DNA from: Escherichia coli
Lineage (GTDB): Bacteria; Pseudomonadota; Gammaproteobacteria; Enterobacterales; Enterobacteriaceae
NCBI RefSeq assembly: GCF_003334255.1
Contig: NZ_QOWU01000216.1
Length of the DNA stretch: 597 nt
Strand: one strand, 5' to 3'
In this document: positions 1-597 of the stretch, piece after piece
Position numbering within the stretch: the stretch's first letter is position 1
Layout: each line of letters opens with the position of its first letter
The notes under the pieces: generated by a model
Databases searched by the model: none
The model's input: the letters and a program-made list of their open reading frames with translations, nothing else
What the model was told of the DNA's origin: nothing
Made by a program: the position numbers and the translations under genes

Positions 1-21
1 AATTGTAAACCAGAATGCCAG

Positions 22-48
22 GAAAAAACAAAACCCGCCGAAGCGGGT
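22..48 (-). terminator. Rho-independent terminator of the hok mRNA
   Basis: Minus-strand reading is ACCCGC-TTCG-GCGGGT followed directly by TTTTGTTTTTT: a 6-bp GC-rich stem (33-38 pairing 43-48), a UUCG tetraloop and a U-tract. It sits 69 nt downstream of the hok stop. There is no T-run on the plus-strand side, so it looks unidirectional. Confidence 0.85.
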
Positions 49-49
49 T

Positions 50-68
50 AAGTGCGGGTGCGTTGAGG
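50..68 (-). promoter_or_regulatory. 3' fold-back (fbi-like) element of the hok mRNA, complementary to the 5' leader element at 431-448
   Basis: Plus-strand 50-68 AAGTGCGGGTGCGTTGAGG versus the reverse complement of 431-448, GACTGCGGGTGCTTGAGG: an 8-nt plus 6-nt perfect match separated by one extra G, with one further mismatch at the edge. In the mRNA this lets the extreme 5' end pair with the region just upstream of the terminator, as the tac/fbi interaction does in R1 hok mRNA (established knowledge; the assignment here is inference). Confidence 0.5.
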
Positions 69-117
69 ATGCCTGACACATCAGAGGTGGCGAGGGATTT
101 CTCCCCCGCCAGGTCTC

Positions 118-273
118 TTACTCCTCAGGTTCGTAAGCTGTGAAGACAGCGACCTCCGTCTGGCCGGTTCGGATTCGTACCTCGCAGAGGTCTTTCCTCG
201 TTACCAGTGCCGTCACTATGACGGTTAAACAGATGACGATCAGGGCGATTAACATCGCCTTTTGCTGCTTCAT
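118..273 (-). CDS. hokD: Hok/Gef family type I toxin (small membrane-depolarising peptide), HokD/RelF-like, 51 aa
   Basis: Minus-strand ORF from ATG (complement of 271-273) to TAA (complement of 118-120), 156 nt. Translation: MKQQKAMLIALIVICLTVIVTALVTRKDLCEVRIRTGQTEVAVFTAYEPEE. It has a single hydrophobic transmembrane segment and a conserved Cys-containing TRKDLCEV core, as in Hok/Gef proteins. It matches my memory of E. coli HokD (RelF) and is close to, but distinct from, HokC (Gef). Paralogue naming is from recollection and the context differs from K-12 hokD. An AGGAG Shine-Dalgarno lies 9 nt upstream. Confidence 0.93.
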   Translation of the reverse strand: MKQQKAMLIALIVICLTVIVTALVTRKDLCEVRIRTGQTEVAVFTAYEPEE

Positions 274-329
274 AGCCTGCTTCTCCTTGACCTTTCGGTC
301 CGTAAGAGGCTAATCTCTATGTGTCGCAT
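270..329 (-). CDS. mok-like leader ORF (19 codons), translationally coupled to hok through an ATGA start/stop overlap
   Basis: Minus-strand ATG (complement of 327-329) is preceded by GAGG with an 8-nt spacer. Translation: MRHIEISLLRTERSRRSRL, ending in a TGA (complement of 270-272) that overlaps the hok ATG. It starts 56 nt upstream of hok, at the position where mok starts in hok/sok loci, but in the +1 frame. The frame in phase with hok is closed by a TAG 13 codons upstream of the hok ATG. Whether the peptide is made is untested. Confidence 0.45.
   Translation of the reverse strand: MRHIEISLLRTERSRRSRL
283..287 (-). promoter_or_regulatory. Shine-Dalgarno sequence of hok (AGGAG)
   Basis: Minus-strand AAGGAGAAGCAGGCT-ATG; AGGAG with a 9-nt spacer to the hok ATG. 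Confidence 0.7.
287..316 (+). promoter_or_regulatory. Candidate sigma70 promoter for the Sok-like antisense RNA
   Basis: Plus-strand TTGACC (287-292), 18-bp spacer, TAATCT (311-316); predicted start near 322-324. The -35 overlaps the hok Shine-Dalgarno on the opposite strand. The -10 matches consensus only at T1, A2 and T6, so this rests largely on position. Confidence 0.45.
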
Positions 330-380
330 AGATATGGCCTCAGATTAATGTTAAGCGTCTTGCAGGACGCGTAATGTTAA
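322..380 (+). ncRNA. sok: Sok-like antisense RNA antitoxin (type I), boundaries approximate
   Basis: A plus-strand transcript from about 322 would be exactly antisense to the Shine-Dalgarno and AUG of the mok-like ORF (complement of 327-341). It ends in a stem-loop, GCGTC-TTGCAG-GACGC (355-370), extendable to an imperfect stem over 345-380. Size (about 55-65 nt) and position relative to the mok start fit known Sok RNAs. The 3' end is uncertain (378 to about 392) because no clean U-tract follows the stem. Confidence 0.5.
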
Positions 381-393
381 CTGGGGCTTTTCT

Positions 394-430
394 CTATCTG
401 CCTTTTGGTGTTCATGCCTGAGACAGATAG
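394..430 (-). repeat. Inverted repeat (hairpin) in the hok mRNA 5' leader
   Basis: Plus-strand CTATCTG (394-400) and CAGATAG (424-430) are perfect reverse complements, extendable to about 10 bp with one G-U pair, with a 17-nt loop. It lies immediately 3' of the leader element at 431-448 in the mRNA and may belong to the leader's regulatory fold. Confidence 0.4.
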
Positions 431-448
431 CCTCAAGCACCCGCAGTC
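431..448 (-). promoter_or_regulatory. 5' leader (tac-like) element of the hok mRNA, complementary to the 3' element at 50-68
   Basis: See the feature at 50-68. It sits directly downstream of the predicted -10, that is, at the extreme 5' end of the predicted transcript. Confidence 0.5.
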
Positions 449-476
449 ATTCTACTTAACTAAGATTTCCCCGCAA
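449..476 (-). promoter_or_regulatory. Candidate sigma70 promoter of the hok mRNA
   Basis: Minus-strand TTGCGG (complement of 471-476), 16-bp spacer, TAGAAT (complement of 449-454), with an A-rich stretch upstream. The predicted start near 441-443 gives a leader of about 113 nt to the mok-like AUG and about 169 nt to the hok AUG, similar to R1 hok mRNA. The complementary 5' element begins right at the predicted start. Confidence 0.4.
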
Positions 477-597
477 ACCGTTTTTGTCCGGCACAGTAAA
501 TATCCAACTAAACCAATGGCGTTCGCTGTATTTACCGCCAGTATTCAATGCACATGACCGCCATGAACACCCCTAAAAAAAGGGCATTTATATATCC

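Larger units (their letters stand above)
22..476 (-). other. Complete hok/sok-type type I toxin-antitoxin module (promoter, leader, mok-like uORF, hok toxin, fbi-like 3' element, terminator; antisense Sok on the opposite strand)
   Basis: Co-occurrence and correct relative order of all parts listed separately below. Predicted mRNA is about 420 nt (roughly 442 down to 22), comparable to the roughly 400-nt hok mRNA of plasmid R1 as I recall it. Confidence 0.85.

Noticed and set aside
118-312. In-frame N-terminally extended Mok protein sharing the hok stop codon
   Set aside because: The frame in phase with hok hits a TAG (complement of 310-312) 13 codons upstream of the hok ATG, with no ATG, GTG or TTG between it and the hok start. 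A frameshifted uORF is the better reading.
355-370. Hairpin GCGTC-TTGCAG-GACGC as an independent rho-independent terminator for a plus-strand gene
   Set aside because: No plus-strand coding sequence precedes it and no U-tract follows it. It is better explained as the structured 3' domain of the Sok-like RNA and the matching structured region of the hok leader.
500-508. DnaA-box-like sequence ATATCCAAC
   Set aside because: 6 of 9 matches to the TTATCCACA consensus, a single isolated copy, no supporting context.
526-567. Short plus-strand ORF (ATG at 526, 13 codons, MAFAVFTASIQCT)
   Set aside because: Too short, no Shine-Dalgarno, no recognisable motif.
274-597. 3' end of relE (relBE operon) upstream of hok, as in E. 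coli K-12 relB-relE-hokD
   Set aside because: Translated all three minus-strand frames across this region; none encodes anything like the RelE C-terminus as I recall it (ending VKRIL), and stops are frequent. The region has hok/sok leader features instead.
532-597. Partial minus-strand ORF entering from the right edge (GYINALFLGVFMAVMCIEYWR, stop at complement of 532-534)
   Set aside because: Only 21 codons are visible, with no recognisable motif. An open stretch this short is expected by chance, and it would lie just upstream of the hok promoter.
571-597. Possible terminator or promoter element (CCCT-AAAAAAA-AGGG hairpin followed by CATTTATATAT)
   Set aside because: Only a 4-bp stem with a 7-nt A loop; the U-rich tail is interrupted. 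Too weak to call.
1-597. CRISPR array, insertion-sequence ends, tRNA or rRNA
   Set aside because: No spaced direct repeats, no terminal inverted repeats or transposase frame, and no tRNA-like or rRNA-like sequence seen on either strand.

Overview
The window holds one compact (about 455 bp) hok/sok-type type I toxin-antitoxin locus on the minus strand, and nothing else I can support. Reading the minus strand 5' to 3': a candidate sigma70 promoter (449-476), a 5' leader element (431-448) complementary to a 3' element (50-68), a leader hairpin (394-430), a short upstream ORF in the mok position (270-329) whose TGA overlaps the toxin ATG, a 51-aa Hok/Gef-family membrane toxin (118-273), and a rho-independent terminator (22-48). 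On the plus strand, antisense to the upstream-ORF start region, is a candidate Sok-like antitoxin RNA (about 322-380) with its own promoter (287-316). The toxin matches my recollection of HokD/RelF, but the context is not the E. coli K-12 relBE-hokD arrangement: no relE lies upstream, and a full mok/sok-type leader is present instead. This is a well-known system family, not a new one; what is worth a second look is the apparently intact architecture and the frameshifted, termination-coupled mok-like ORF. All coordinates for RNA ends and promoters are sequence-based predictions; no searches or folding could be run.
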